Source: an uncultured Lachnospiraceae bacterium (lineage in GTDB: Bacteria; Bacillota; Clostridia; Lachnospirales; Lachnospiraceae). Taken from it: a stretch of 64,000 nt of DNA. The notes beneath the pieces are model-generated. The model had not been told where the DNA came from, did not search any database, and was given only the letters and a program-made list of their open reading frames with translations. The stretch's first letter is position 1, and every line of letters starts with the position of its first letter. Below, one piece after another: positions 25,859 through 35,348 of this stretch. Location: contig CACZBW010000020.1 of NCBI GenBank assembly GCA_902779575.1, forward strand, positions 24 through 64,023. Reading direction: 5' to 3'. The translations under genes were made by a program, and so were the position numbers.

Positions 25859-26049
25859 TGCAAAACCCCTCTTTTCTTAAAAGACAGACACATTCGTGCC
25901 TCATTTTTAATTATTCTAATCCTTCATTATGTGGGCGGTGAACGGCAGCTTCAGCTGCCAGACTCCATCATGTATCCGCGTGTGAATCCGCCGGCACAGG
26001 TATGACAGATCTCATACACAATCTGCCGGAACACTCCGGAGCGGCAGTC

Positions 26050-26790
26050 TCACTGCTCATTCAGCAGAAACGGCAGGAAATAACGCAGCTGCCGGAACCA
26101 CCAGGGCCAGTCGTGATTCACGTCATAGCCCCAGAAATCACACCAGGCGTGAATTCCTTTCTGCTCAAATACACTCTGCAGGAAGCGCAGTGTGCGGACG
26201 CCGTCGTCTTCCCAGGCTCCCTGTCCCACGCAGAAGATGATCTTCTTCTGATTGTAAAGTTCGATATAGGGATGGTCTGCGGACATATTGGGCAGAAAAC
26301 GCTCCGGTGAATTTTCGTAGAGCGTGGGATTCATAAATCCGTCAAAGAAATAATCCGCGTCGTATACGCCCGAAAGCGCCAGCATACCCGCAAAAAGGTC
26401 AGGACGGCGCAGGAAGCTGATCGCCGTGTGGTCGGCGCCCATGCTCAGACCAGTCACCATGGGAAGCTGGCCGCTGCGGCCGCGGATCATCGAGACAACC
26501 TGGTCCGTAATGTAGTGGAAATACTGTTCCTGCCGCTCCGCGCGCCAGTCAGGATTACCGGATTTATCAGACCAGCTCTCCCTGTCCACCGTGTCCACGA
26601 CGAACAGCTGAATGCGGCCTTCGCCGATGAAGTCGCCAAGGTGGTCGACCAGGCCGAAATCTTCCCACTGCCGGCACATGCCGTCCTGCGTTGGAAATAC
26701 CAGGAACGGAACGCCGCTGCTGCCGTATATCATCATATTCATGTCCCTGTTCAGGGACGAACTGTAATGGGTTAACGCTTCCTTATACAT
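26050..26790 (-). CDS. Esterase-family alpha/beta hydrolase
   Basis: Start at MYKEAL (GGGAGAA RBS). GLSMG nucleophile elbow. Confidence 0.8.
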   Translation of the reverse strand: MYKEALTHYSSSLNRDMNMMIYGSSGVPFLVFPTQDGMCRQWEDFGLVDHLGDFIGEGRIQLFVVDTVDRESWSDKSGNPDWRAERQEQYFHYITDQVVSMIRGRSGQLPMVTGLSMGADHTAISFLRRPDLFAGMLALSGVYDADYFFDGFMNPTLYENSPERFLPNMSADHPYIELYNQKKIIFCVGQGAWEDDGVRTLRFLQSVFEQKGIHAWCDFWGYDVNHDWPWWFRQLRYFLPFLLNEQ

Positions 26791-27044
26791 CGTGTTTCTC
26801 CCTGCTGTTTTACTCTGGCTGCCCTCCATTCGCAATCCGCGGGGCCTCTGCTCTGCGCTCCGCTTCGGTCGGCCCAGAACCGACGTTCACCGGACGTTGT
26901 GGATCCCACTGCCTGCTCATGTAGGTGCGCGCCAGAAACTCCTGCCCCCACTTACATGCGAGCACGACGTGCGGACAAAGTTTTGACGCTGTAATCATAA
27001 TATCATAGATGGATATAAGCTGTCCGGTCAACCGGTTTTTCTGT

Positions 27045-28130
27045 TTACTGTATCGCCTTATCGTAAAAATCAAGAAACTGGGCAAACAGATCGTCATCCA
27101 GCCGGCTGCTCCATCTGGCGTGATCAAGGTGTTCCGTGATATATTCTGCTTTCTCTTTTATGAAACGATCTTTATTTTCTTCTGCCTTATAATCATAATC
27201 CAGCGTTTTAAGCCAGTCATCGAATTCGGCATTAAACTCATCCTGATAAGTATCTTCCTGATTATTAAATATGTGATTGTGTCCTCTGTCTTCAAACCTG
27301 AGGAAGGTGAAACGGGGGTCATCTTTATATTTTTTATAATATTTGTCGCACCCGTATCCGATTTCTATCACATTATCATCCGCACTGTGTACGACCATCA
27401 CGGACGCGTCTGAAGAAGCGAAACCATCCATTGCGGTATTTGCGGCATATTTCCCAAATTTAAACCGCTCATAGAGTTTCACGAATGGCGTCATGGCGTA
27501 AATCAGGCTCCCGGCCTGCGATTTCCCCCCTGACTCAAACATATCCGACGAGCTGTTAAAGCCCGAACATTCAATTACCGCTTTTACCTCAGGATGATAT
27601 GTCAGAACACTGCTTACGCAGTAGCCTCCCCAGCTGTGTCCGAAAAGGACGACCGGGAGGCCGGAAAGGTCGTCATCCGCCTCAACAAATGAGATGGCAT
27701 GATCCAGGTCTATCACCCCCTGCGGAGCACCGCCTGTGCCCTCTCCTTCACTCTGATCGGTGCCAGTGGCGTCATAGGCAAAAACATACCAGCCGTGCTG
27801 CGCAAAATAATTCGCGCAGTCCATATAAGAATTGTGCCCGCCATCGCCGAAGCCGTGAGCAAGAACCACGACTCCGCGCTGATCCTCGCCGGCGCTGTAA
27901 AGATATCCGGCCAGCATCTGACCATGATCGGACGGGAAAGTATATTCCCTGCACTCAAGTCCGCTGAAATCCTCAAGGCGCAGCATCAGCGGTTTATAGC
28001 TGTCGCCGCGGATATTGAGGTTCTCGTTGTAGAGTTTCACACAGAACATTCCCCAGGCGCCGACAGACAGAATGATGACGCACAAAAGAATCATGAGTAT
28101 GATTTTCTTTTTGGATCTTTTCTTTTTCAT
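27045..28130 (-). CDS. Membrane-anchored alpha/beta hydrolase
   Basis: Start at MKKKRSKKK (GGAGGAAG RBS). N-terminal TM helix. HGFGDGG and GHSWGG motifs. Confidence 0.85.
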   Translation of the reverse strand: MKKKRSKKKIILMILLCVIILSVGAWGMFCVKLYNENLNIRGDSYKPLMLRLEDFSGLECREYTFPSDHGQMLAGYLYSAGEDQRGVVVLAHGFGDGGHNSYMDCANYFAQHGWYVFAYDATGTDQSEGEGTGGAPQGVIDLDHAISFVEADDDLSGLPVVLFGHSWGGYCVSSVLTYHPEVKAVIECSGFNSSSDMFESGGKSQAGSLIYAMTPFVKLYERFKFGKYAANTAMDGFASSDASVMVVHSADDNVIEIGYGCDKYYKKYKDDPRFTFLRFEDRGHNHIFNNQEDTYQDEFNAEFDDWLKTLDYDYKAEENKDRFIKEKAEYITEHLDHARWSSRLDDDLFAQFLDFYDKAIQ

Positions 28131-28349
28131 TGGCTTCCTCCCCGGATCATTTATGTCGATGAAATTTTTCACAATAGTATACCAATCATACGCCATTTGC
28201 AATGAGGATAATCAGCTCCGGCGGACATCTGACCTGCGGCTACGCCCGCATATTACCATGCAATCATGCGGAGGGAAAGTCTCTGCGACGCCTTTTTCTG
28301 TGCTATAATCCTTGCATAAAAAGAAAACGGAAAAGGAAAGTGAACGGAT

Positions 28350-29684
28350 ATGAAAAAGAATGTTAACAGATATGAGTACCTGACACAGACCCCTGTTCCG
28401 CAGCTGGTCTGCAGGCTGGCCGTTCCCACCATCCTCAGTATGCTGGTTACCGGGTTATACAACTCAGCGGACACATTTTTTGTAGGGCGGATCTCCACGC
28501 AGGCAACTGCCGCTGTAGGACTTGTTTTCTCCGTTATGGCCATGATTCAGGCGCTGGGCTTTTTCTGCGGACAGGGATCAGGTTCTTTCCTGTCCAGGCT
28601 TCTGGGCGCAGGGAAAAAACAGGAGGCAGCCGAGGCGGCGGCGACAGGTTTCACACTCGCGCTGATCATCGGAGTCATCGTCGCGGTTCTTGGCAATCTG
28701 CTTGCGGCGCCTCTGGGATATGCGCTGGGTGCCGGGCCGTCGACAATCCATGATACGCTGATCTATATGCGGATCATTCTGATCGGAGCTCCCTTCATGA
28801 TCGCGCAGTTTGTAATCAACAATCAGCTGCGCTACCAGGGCAGCGCAGCCTATGCCATGATCGGACTTCTTGCCGGGGCCATCATCAATATCGGGCTCGA
28901 CCCGCTCCTGATGTTTGTCTTCGATCTGGGCGTGGCAGGCGCCGCGATCGCCACGGTTTCCGGGCAGGCCATCAGCTTCGTTGTCCTGCTGATCGGGAGC
29001 ATGCATGGGGAAAATATTCACCTGAAGCTCTCAAATGTGAGAATGAACCGCTACTATCTGGGAGAGATCGTGAATTCAGGCCTTCCCGCCCTGTTCCGGC
29101 AGGGGCTTGCCGCGGTCTCGACGCTGCTGCTGAATCAGATGGCAGGCATGATGGGAGGAGATGCCGCAATCGCCGGCATGTCGGTTGTGACCAGGGTCCT
29201 GATGCTGCTCTCTTCCGCCATGATCGGATTCGGTCAGGGCTACCAGCCGGTCTGCGGGTTCAACTATGGAGCCGGGCTGTATGCGCGGGTAAAAGAAGGA
29301 TTCTATTTCTGCGTGAAATACGGCACGATCTTCCTGACCGCCATGTCAGCCCTGTGCCTGGCATTCGCCCCGCAGATTGTCGGCTTTTTCCGTGACGACC
29401 CGGCAGTCATCGCGGTAGGTACAGTGGCACTTCGAGCGCAGGCTGTCACCCTTCCGCTGATGGCGACCATCGTCCTGGCAAATATGATGCTGCAATCCAT
29501 GGGAAAAGGACTGAAGGCTTCCATCACATCCTCCTCGCGGAACGGAATCTTCTTTATTCCTCTGATTCTGATCCTTCCCAGGTTCTTCGGACTGTTCGGC
29601 GTAGAGATCACGCAGGCCTGCGCGGATATGCTCTCTTTTATGCTGGCTGTCCCCATTGCGGCATCGGAACTCAGGAAAATGTGA
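28350..29684 (+). CDS. MATE-family efflux transporter
   Basis: 444 aa with 12 predicted helices. N-terminal PVPQLVCRLAVPTILSMLV typical of MATE. Confidence 0.9.
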   Translation: MKKNVNRYEYLTQTPVPQLVCRLAVPTILSMLVTGLYNSADTFFVGRISTQATAAVGLVFSVMAMIQALGFFCGQGSGSFLSRLLGAGKKQEAAEAAATGFTLALIIGVIVAVLGNLLAAPLGYALGAGPSTIHDTLIYMRIILIGAPFMIAQFVINNQLRYQGSAAYAMIGLLAGAIINIGLDPLLMFVFDLGVAGAAIATVSGQAISFVVLLIGSMHGENIHLKLSNVRMNRYYLGEIVNSGLPALFRQGLAAVSTLLLNQMAGMMGGDAAIAGMSVVTRVLMLLSSAMIGFGQGYQPVCGFNYGAGLYARVKEGFYFCVKYGTIFLTAMSALCLAFAPQIVGFFRDDPAVIAVGTVALRAQAVTLPLMATIVLANMMLQSMGKGLKASITSSSRNGIFFIPLILILPRFFGLFGVEITQACADMLSFMLAVPIAASELRKM

Positions 29685-29888
29685 ACTTTTGCAGCAGCTG
29701 AAGCTGCCGTACACTCAGGCGCAATTCCGCAGGGCGGAATTGATATAAACCCTGAATAGTGATAATAATTAATCAAATACGTGCGAGGCTCTCTTTACAA
29801 TACAAACAGCATTGCGTATATTGAACAAAAAAGCGGATGTTTATACTAATACATTTGCTGGAACAGGAAAAAGAAAGGATGTGACGTA

Positions 29889-31214
29889 TTGAAAAAGATT
29901 ACTTTTATCGGAGCCGGATCGCTGGGTTTCACAAGGGATCTGGTGAGAGATCTTATGACATTCCCTGCATTTGATGAATGCGAGCTGATGCTGATGGATA
30001 TCAATGAAAAACGCCTGGAATATGCAAAGAAAGGCGTGGAGCGGATCGTCAGGGAAGGGGGACATCATGCGGTCGTGAAAGCCACGACAGACCGGCGTGA
30101 AGCGCTCAAAGGCGCGGACGGCATACTGATTACCATCCTTCAGGGCGGCGTTGATGTATGGCGTTATGACGTTGAGATTCCCATGAAATATGGGATTGAT
30201 TACTGCGTCGGCGATACAAGAGGACCCGCGGGAATCTTCCGTTTTCTCCGCACGGCGCCTGTCATGCTGCAGATCGTCAGGGACATCGAGGAACTGTGTC
30301 CGCATGCGGTCGTACTGAATTACACGAATCCCATGGCGATGCTGGTCAGTTATCTCCAGCGGCAGACGGATATCCGGATCACCGGTCTGTGCCACAGCGT
30401 GCAGGGCACCGCGCAGATGATCGGGAAATGGCTTGGCCTGAAAGAAGGCGAACTCGACTATACCTGTGTCGGCATCAATCACCAGGCCTTCTATCTGAAG
30501 CTGCAGCATGACGGCAGGGACATGTATCCCGCCCTGGCAGAAGCGGTCAAAAGACCGGAGGTGGCAGCCGAGGAACCGGTCCGCATCGAGATGTTCCGGC
30601 ATCTGAAGTATTTCGTAACGGAGTCTTCGGGCCATAACTCCGAATATGTGGCCTGGTTCAGAAAAAGACCTGACCTGATTGAGAAATACTGCACCCACGG
30701 CACCGGCTGGAATCCCGGCGCGCACGCCTATATCCTTGATGAGTATCTGGGAAGAGAGGATACCTGGGAAAAAGAATATACCGACTGGCTGGATCATGGA
30801 GAGGTCAATCTGGAGAGGGGCGGAGAATATGCCTCCAATATCTTTAACGCGATCTTCGGAGACCACACGCCTTATCCCTTCAACGCCAACCTGCGCAACA
30901 ACGGTTATGTAACAAACATCGACAGGGACGCCTGCGTGGAGGTGCCCGTGATCGCGGACAAAACCGGTATCCATACCATCGATATCCATACACTCCCGCA
31001 GCATCTTTCGGTTCTGGTGAACAACTCTGCCAAGATCGAGGAACTGGCCGTGCAGGGCGCCATCGACGGGGATCCGGAAAAGATATTCGCCGCCTGCCTC
31101 TTTGATCCGCTGACAGCGGCTGTATGCAGCATGGCGGAGATCCACAGTATGGTACAGGAGATGCTTGACAGGAACGCGGCTTATCTTACATATTTCAAGA
31201 CCTTGAAAATCTGA
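29889..31214 (+). CDS. Glycoside hydrolase family 4 (alpha-galactosidase/alpha-glucosidase type)
   Basis: 441 aa. KITFIGAGSLGFTR NAD-binding N-terminus, NYTNPMAM and GLCHSVQG motifs. TTG start. Confidence 0.9.
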   Translation: MKKITFIGAGSLGFTRDLVRDLMTFPAFDECELMLMDINEKRLEYAKKGVERIVREGGHHAVVKATTDRREALKGADGILITILQGGVDVWRYDVEIPMKYGIDYCVGDTRGPAGIFRFLRTAPVMLQIVRDIEELCPHAVVLNYTNPMAMLVSYLQRQTDIRITGLCHSVQGTAQMIGKWLGLKEGELDYTCVGINHQAFYLKLQHDGRDMYPALAEAVKRPEVAAEEPVRIEMFRHLKYFVTESSGHNSEYVAWFRKRPDLIEKYCTHGTGWNPGAHAYILDEYLGREDTWEKEYTDWLDHGEVNLERGGEYASNIFNAIFGDHTPYPFNANLRNNGYVTNIDRDACVEVPVIADKTGIHTIDIHTLPQHLSVLVNNSAKIEELAVQGAIDGDPEKIFAACLFDPLTAAVCSMAEIHSMVQEMLDRNAAYLTYFKTLKI

Positions 31215-31240
31215 AGATCAGAAAGACTGGAGCGTTTAAA

Positions 31241-31274
31241 GCGCAGATCCGGATCATCCGGATCTGCGCTTTTT
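31241..31274 (+). terminator. Rho-independent terminator
   Basis: GCGCAGATCCGG ATCAT CCGGATCTGCGC followed by TTTTT. Confidence 0.8.
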
Positions 31275-31313
31275 CAGTACCCTGTTCCTTTCGTTCTTCC
31301 GGCCTCCCGGCCC

Positions 31314-31977
31314 TTAATTCCCAAATGCATCCTGCTTCATGTTGGGACTGCTTCTCTTCGCGATATTGACTGCCCGGTGTTCCAGCGCGGCCAGGGAAAT
31401 CTCTATATCCTCCGCCGCTTCTCTTTCATTAAAGCACCCGACGGTTACCATATCGCAGCCGCGGATCGTCGCCCAGGAGAAATTGAGACCGACAAAGGGA
31501 GTAGTTCGTCCTGCTGCCATGGGTTTGATCGTCATTACCGGCTTCTTTGCCGCATGAATGATCTGGTTGACCGTCTCCACTTCGACCTGCATCAGGAATC
31601 CCATACAGTTGTAGATCTGGATATAGGTCTGTACATCATACCAGGTCCTTTGCTTCTTTTCTTGCCGCTTCTGTATCATCCACATTGATAATCGGCGTAT
31701 CGACAAGAATTATCTCCTTACCGGTCTTCTGCTCTGCTTCCTTTACAGCCTTCATCACAGCAGGCAGATCAGCGATCGGCCCCATCAGTGTATCCACTCC
31801 CGCTGCCAGGAATGTCTCCAGCATGGGAACAATCGTTTTTGGATCAGCATGCCTTTCTTTGATCATGGCATCGGCGGCGGCAGATGTATGGCTCCATCCG
31901 GCAAGCCAGTTGGTGCCGATAATCATGCGTGAGAAAGACAGGTCTTCAACTTTTGTTCTGGGAAATAATGCACTCAT
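31314..31977 (-). pseudogene. Frameshifted hypothetical gene (two overlapping ORFs)
   Basis: ORF 31636..31977 ends ...EAARKEAKDLV*. ORF 31314..31706 continues coherent sequence from TWYDVQTYIQIY in another frame. The junction is near 31640-31660. Could be a sequencing indel. Confidence 0.55.
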
Positions 31978-32124
31978 AGTATTTTCTCCTGAAAAGAAAT
32001 CTGCTGCTAAAAGACTGCCGCATTAATTCTTCGTGCGGCAGCCGCTTTCGGATATATACGTTCTTCTGCAGAACAACCAGGCTTTATCACTCTCCCGGGA
32101 CTGTATATGAGTAAAGGTATATAA

Positions 32125-33018
32125 TTAATCAGTAACCAGATTCTCCTTCAGAACCGCCTCTGTCAGGTCCTTCTGGGCCTGGGTCAGTTCCCGGAACGGG
32201 CGGCGCGGAATACCCGCATCGATCCCCATTACGGACAGTACATACTTGATCGCAGGGATCAGGCCCACATCGCAGAGCGTATTCATGATATTGTTGGCTT
32301 TCACCTGCAGGGCAAGCGCTTCCTCATACCGGTGATCCAGAAACAGGTCATGGATCCTGCGATAATGGGGATACATGAAGTTAAAGGTGCTGCCGATGGA
32401 TCCGTCGGCGCCCAGAGCCAGGCCGGCAACCATCGTTTCGTCGAATCCGTTCATGACGATCAGCTTCGGATTGAGATGTTTGATCCGTTCCAGCTGATAC
32501 ACGACCTGATTTGTATGCTTCACGCCGAAGATAAAATCACTCTGGAACAGCCGTTTTGTGACAGGATTTCCCAGGTCAAAGTTTTTTCCGGTATTCCCCG
32601 GGAAATTATAGATCATGACAGGTTTTCCGGCTGCCTGGGCGATCTCCTCATAGTAGGAATAGATCTCTTCCGGGCCAAAACCATAATAAAACGGAGGCGT
32701 GGCCGCAATCGCGTCAAAGCCCAGCTTCACGGCGCAGCGGGCGTATTCCTGAGCTTCTTTCACGGAAACCGCCCCTACATGGGCGACCAGGTACGCGCGC
32801 TCAGAAAACTGTGAAGCAGCCTCAAAGACCTCCATGCGCTCTGAGGGGCTGAGCAGAAAACATTCCGCGGAACTTCCGCCTATGAAGAAATGTTCCGCGC
32901 CCTGGCTCATGTTCCATTCCATAAGCCGGAGCATAGCCTCTGTATCCACGCTCTCATCCCTGTGAAATGGTGTGACAGTTGCCGGTACGATACCATAAAG
33001 TTTATCCGGTTTAGACAT
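32125..33018 (-). CDS. DapA/NanA-family (dihydrodipicolinate synthase-like) lyase
   Basis: Start at MSKPDKLYGIVPATVTPF (AGGAG RBS). GGSSAE and FGVKHT (Schiff-base Lys) motifs. Confidence 0.85.
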   Translation of the reverse strand: MSKPDKLYGIVPATVTPFHRDESVDTEAMLRLMEWNMSQGAEHFFIGGSSAECFLLSPSERMEVFEAASQFSERAYLVAHVGAVSVKEAQEYARCAVKLGFDAIAATPPFYYGFGPEEIYSYYEEIAQAAGKPVMIYNFPGNTGKNFDLGNPVTKRLFQSDFIFGVKHTNQVVYQLERIKHLNPKLIVMNGFDETMVAGLALGADGSIGSTFNFMYPHYRRIHDLFLDHRYEEALALQVKANNIMNTLCDVGLIPAIKYVLSVMGIDAGIPRRPFRELTQAQKDLTEAVLKENLVTD

Positions 33019-33195
33019 CTGTATCATCTCCTGTAATCCTGTGTTTATGTCTGTATAAAACTCCATTTCATCATAACACAGCGGCCGGAAACCGGCAATC
33101 CGGCAGTCTCTGTATAATCCATTGACTGTGCTATCCCATGTGATAAACTGACATACGATAACACATTTCGCAGGCTTTACAGGGAGTATTGCTGA

Positions 33196-34176
33196 ATGCT
33201 TGACCAGTTTGGAAGAACCATTGATTATATGCGCGTTTCCATCACGGACCGCTGCAACTTAAGATGCCGCTACTGCATGCCGGACGGTATTTCCCTCGTT
33301 TCCATGAGAGAGATCATGACCTATGAGGAGATCGTGGAGACCTGCGCCGCGGCTGTCCGGCTCGGCATCCGGAATTTCAAAATCACCGGCGGCGAGCCCC
33401 TTTCGCGGCTTGGCTGCGCGGGCCTCATCGCCTCTCTGAAAAAAGTCACCGGGGTGGAGCAGGTCACGATGACCACGAATGGCGTGCTGCTGAAAAAATA
33501 CCTTCCGGAGCTTCTGGCGGCGGGCCTGGATGCGGTCAATATCAGTCTGGATACTCTGGATCCCGCAAAGTTTGAGAGGATCACAGGCAGAAACATGCTG
33601 GGTGAGGTTCTGGACAGCATCGACGCTGCCCTGAATTCGGGCCTCAGGACCAAGATCAATGTGGTGCTGCAGCAGGGTGTAAACGATGACGAATGGTTCC
33701 GCCTGGCTTCCCTCGCAGAATATAAGATGCTGGACGTCCGTTTCATTGAAATGATGCCCATAGGGTATGGAAAAAACGTAACCGGGATCTCCAACGACAT
33801 CCTGCGGGCCCGTTTTTCGGCTTCCTTCCCCGAAATCGAGATTGACCCTTCCGTCCATGGAAACGGTCCCGCCGAATATGTCCGCATTCCCGGATGGATG
33901 GGCAGTATCGGTTTCATCAGCGCCATCCACGGAAAGTTCTGCGGCAGCTGCAGCCGCGTGCGCCTCACATCCCGGGGCCGCTTAAAACCCTGCCTCTGCT
34001 ATGGGGAGACGATCGACCTCCTGCCTGTTCTGCGGGCCGGGACAGCAGGGACAGAGCGCAAAGAGGCACTCACGGCAGCGCTTCGCGAGGGCATTTTCCG
34101 GAAGCCCGGGCAGCACTGTTTCGAGAACCCGGAAATGGTCACCGAGACCGCCCGCATGGCAGACATAGGGGGCTGA
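33196..34176 (+). CDS. moaA: GTP 3',8-cyclase (molybdenum cofactor biosynthesis protein A)
   Basis: CNLRCRYC radical-SAM motif, C-terminal CGSCSRVRLTSRGRLKPCL cluster motif, terminal GG. Confidence 0.9.
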   Translation: MLDQFGRTIDYMRVSITDRCNLRCRYCMPDGISLVSMREIMTYEEIVETCAAAVRLGIRNFKITGGEPLSRLGCAGLIASLKKVTGVEQVTMTTNGVLLKKYLPELLAAGLDAVNISLDTLDPAKFERITGRNMLGEVLDSIDAALNSGLRTKINVVLQQGVNDDEWFRLASLAEYKMLDVRFIEMMPIGYGKNVTGISNDILRARFSASFPEIEIDPSVHGNGPAEYVRIPGWMGSIGFISAIHGKFCGSCSRVRLTSRGRLKPCLCYGETIDLLPVLRAGTAGTERKEALTAALREGIFRKPGQHCFENPEMVTETARMADIGG

Positions 34177-34269
34177 ATATTTATTTTGGGACAAAATACG
34201 ACGCTCCGCAGGACGTCAGCAAGTCAGGCTGCTGCTGCAGAAAGCTGCTGCAGGGAGGAGGAGTTTGGA

Positions 34270-35277
34270 ATGGATATGCAGAAAACCGCTGCGGGCAGCG
34301 GAAAGCTGCTTGCGGTATGTATCAGTGACAGGAGAGGCATACAGAAAAGCGAAGTTCCCGCAGGAATGCTCATAGAAGATTTCGGTATTGAGGGAGATGC
34401 CCACGCGGGCAGATGGCACCGTCAGGTGAGCCTTCTTTCTTTTGAAAAAATCGAAGAATTCCGCAGCAAAGGAGCTGAGGTGGATTTCGGCGCCTTCGGA
34501 GAGAACCTGGTGATCGAAGGCTTTGACTTCAGGAATCTTCCGGTGGGCACCCGTTTCCGGATCGGAGACGCCTTACTGGAAATAACCCAGATCGGCAAGG
34601 AATGCCACAGCCACTGCGCCATCTACAAAGTGATGGGCGACTGCATCATGCCGCGGGAAGGTGTGTTCGCAAAGGTCATAAAGGGAGGCTCCGTGAAGCC
34701 CGGCGACACCGTGACCCAGCTTCCCCCTGATCCCGCGCGCCCCTTTACCGCTGCGGTCATCACCTTAAGTGACAGGGGCTTCCGCGGGGAACGCGAGGAC
34801 AAAAGCGGTCCTCTGATCAAAACAATACTCGAAGAAAACGGCTTCGAGGTCATTGAAACCCTGCTTCTTCCCGACGAGCGGATCAAACTGGAAGTTCAGT
34901 TAAAACGTCTTGCCGACCAACGGCAGGTAAATGTGATCTTTACCACGGGCGGCACCGGCTTCTCGGAGCGGGATGTCACTCCCGAGGCCACCATCGCGGT
35001 CTGTGACCGGATGGTCCCCGGTATTGCGGAGGCCATGCGGTATTATTCGCTGCAGATCACGCCCAGGGCCATGCTGAGCCGCCAGGTTTCCGGCATCCGG
35101 AAAAAGACCCTCATCGTCAACATGCCCGGAAGCCCGAAGGCCTGCCGGGAGGATCTGGATTTTATCCTTCCTTCTCTGGGGCACGGACTCGGCATCCTTA
35201 CCGGCCGCGACGGGGACTGCGGTTCTGACGCATCTGCCGGGCACCGTCATCATGAGCACCCGGAAAAGATCAATTAA
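34270..35277 (+). CDS. MOSC domain fused to MogA/MoaB-type molybdopterin adenylyltransferase domain
   Basis: Start at MDMQK (GGAGGAGG RBS). MOSC part GENLVIEG...LEITQIGKECH. MogA part DKSGP...IFTTGGTGFSERDVTPEA. Confidence 0.85.
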   Translation: MDMQKTAAGSGKLLAVCISDRRGIQKSEVPAGMLIEDFGIEGDAHAGRWHRQVSLLSFEKIEEFRSKGAEVDFGAFGENLVIEGFDFRNLPVGTRFRIGDALLEITQIGKECHSHCAIYKVMGDCIMPREGVFAKVIKGGSVKPGDTVTQLPPDPARPFTAAVITLSDRGFRGEREDKSGPLIKTILEENGFEVIETLLLPDERIKLEVQLKRLADQRQVNVIFTTGGTGFSERDVTPEATIAVCDRMVPGIAEAMRYYSLQITPRAMLSRQVSGIRKKTLIVNMPGSPKACREDLDFILPSLGHGLGILTGRDGDCGSDASAGHRHHEHPEKIN

Positions 35278-35348
35278 TCAGGCCGCCAGAAGTATGATCG
35301 GTCAAAGGCCGGGACGGGCATCATCAGGAGGATGAACCATTTCTTCGA

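Noticed and set aside
26810-27127. 105-aa minus-strand ORF in the spacer between the esterase and the alpha/beta hydrolase
   Set aside because: Its 5' part overlaps the hydrolase gene end. The remaining 62-aa version (MITASKLCPHVV...) has no RBS and no recognisable family. It may be another gene remnant.
29841-31145. Long antisense ORFs opposite clearly assigned genes. Examples: 29841..31145(-), 35352..37334(+), 38134..39369(+), 40031..41284(+), 24956..26005(+), 49599..50681(-), 5569..6357(+), 13446..14132(+), 53720..54421(-).
   Set aside because: Each lies fully within a gene on the other strand that has clear family motifs and an RBS. Their translations are low-complexity (rich in R/H/G/P/Q) and have no SD. 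These are typical shadow ORFs of GC-rich coding DNA.
33067-33195. Moco riboswitch upstream of moaA
   Set aside because: I looked for the conserved Moco-motif helices and could not draw a convincing structure in the 129-nt leader. A cmsearch with the Rfam Moco model would settle it.
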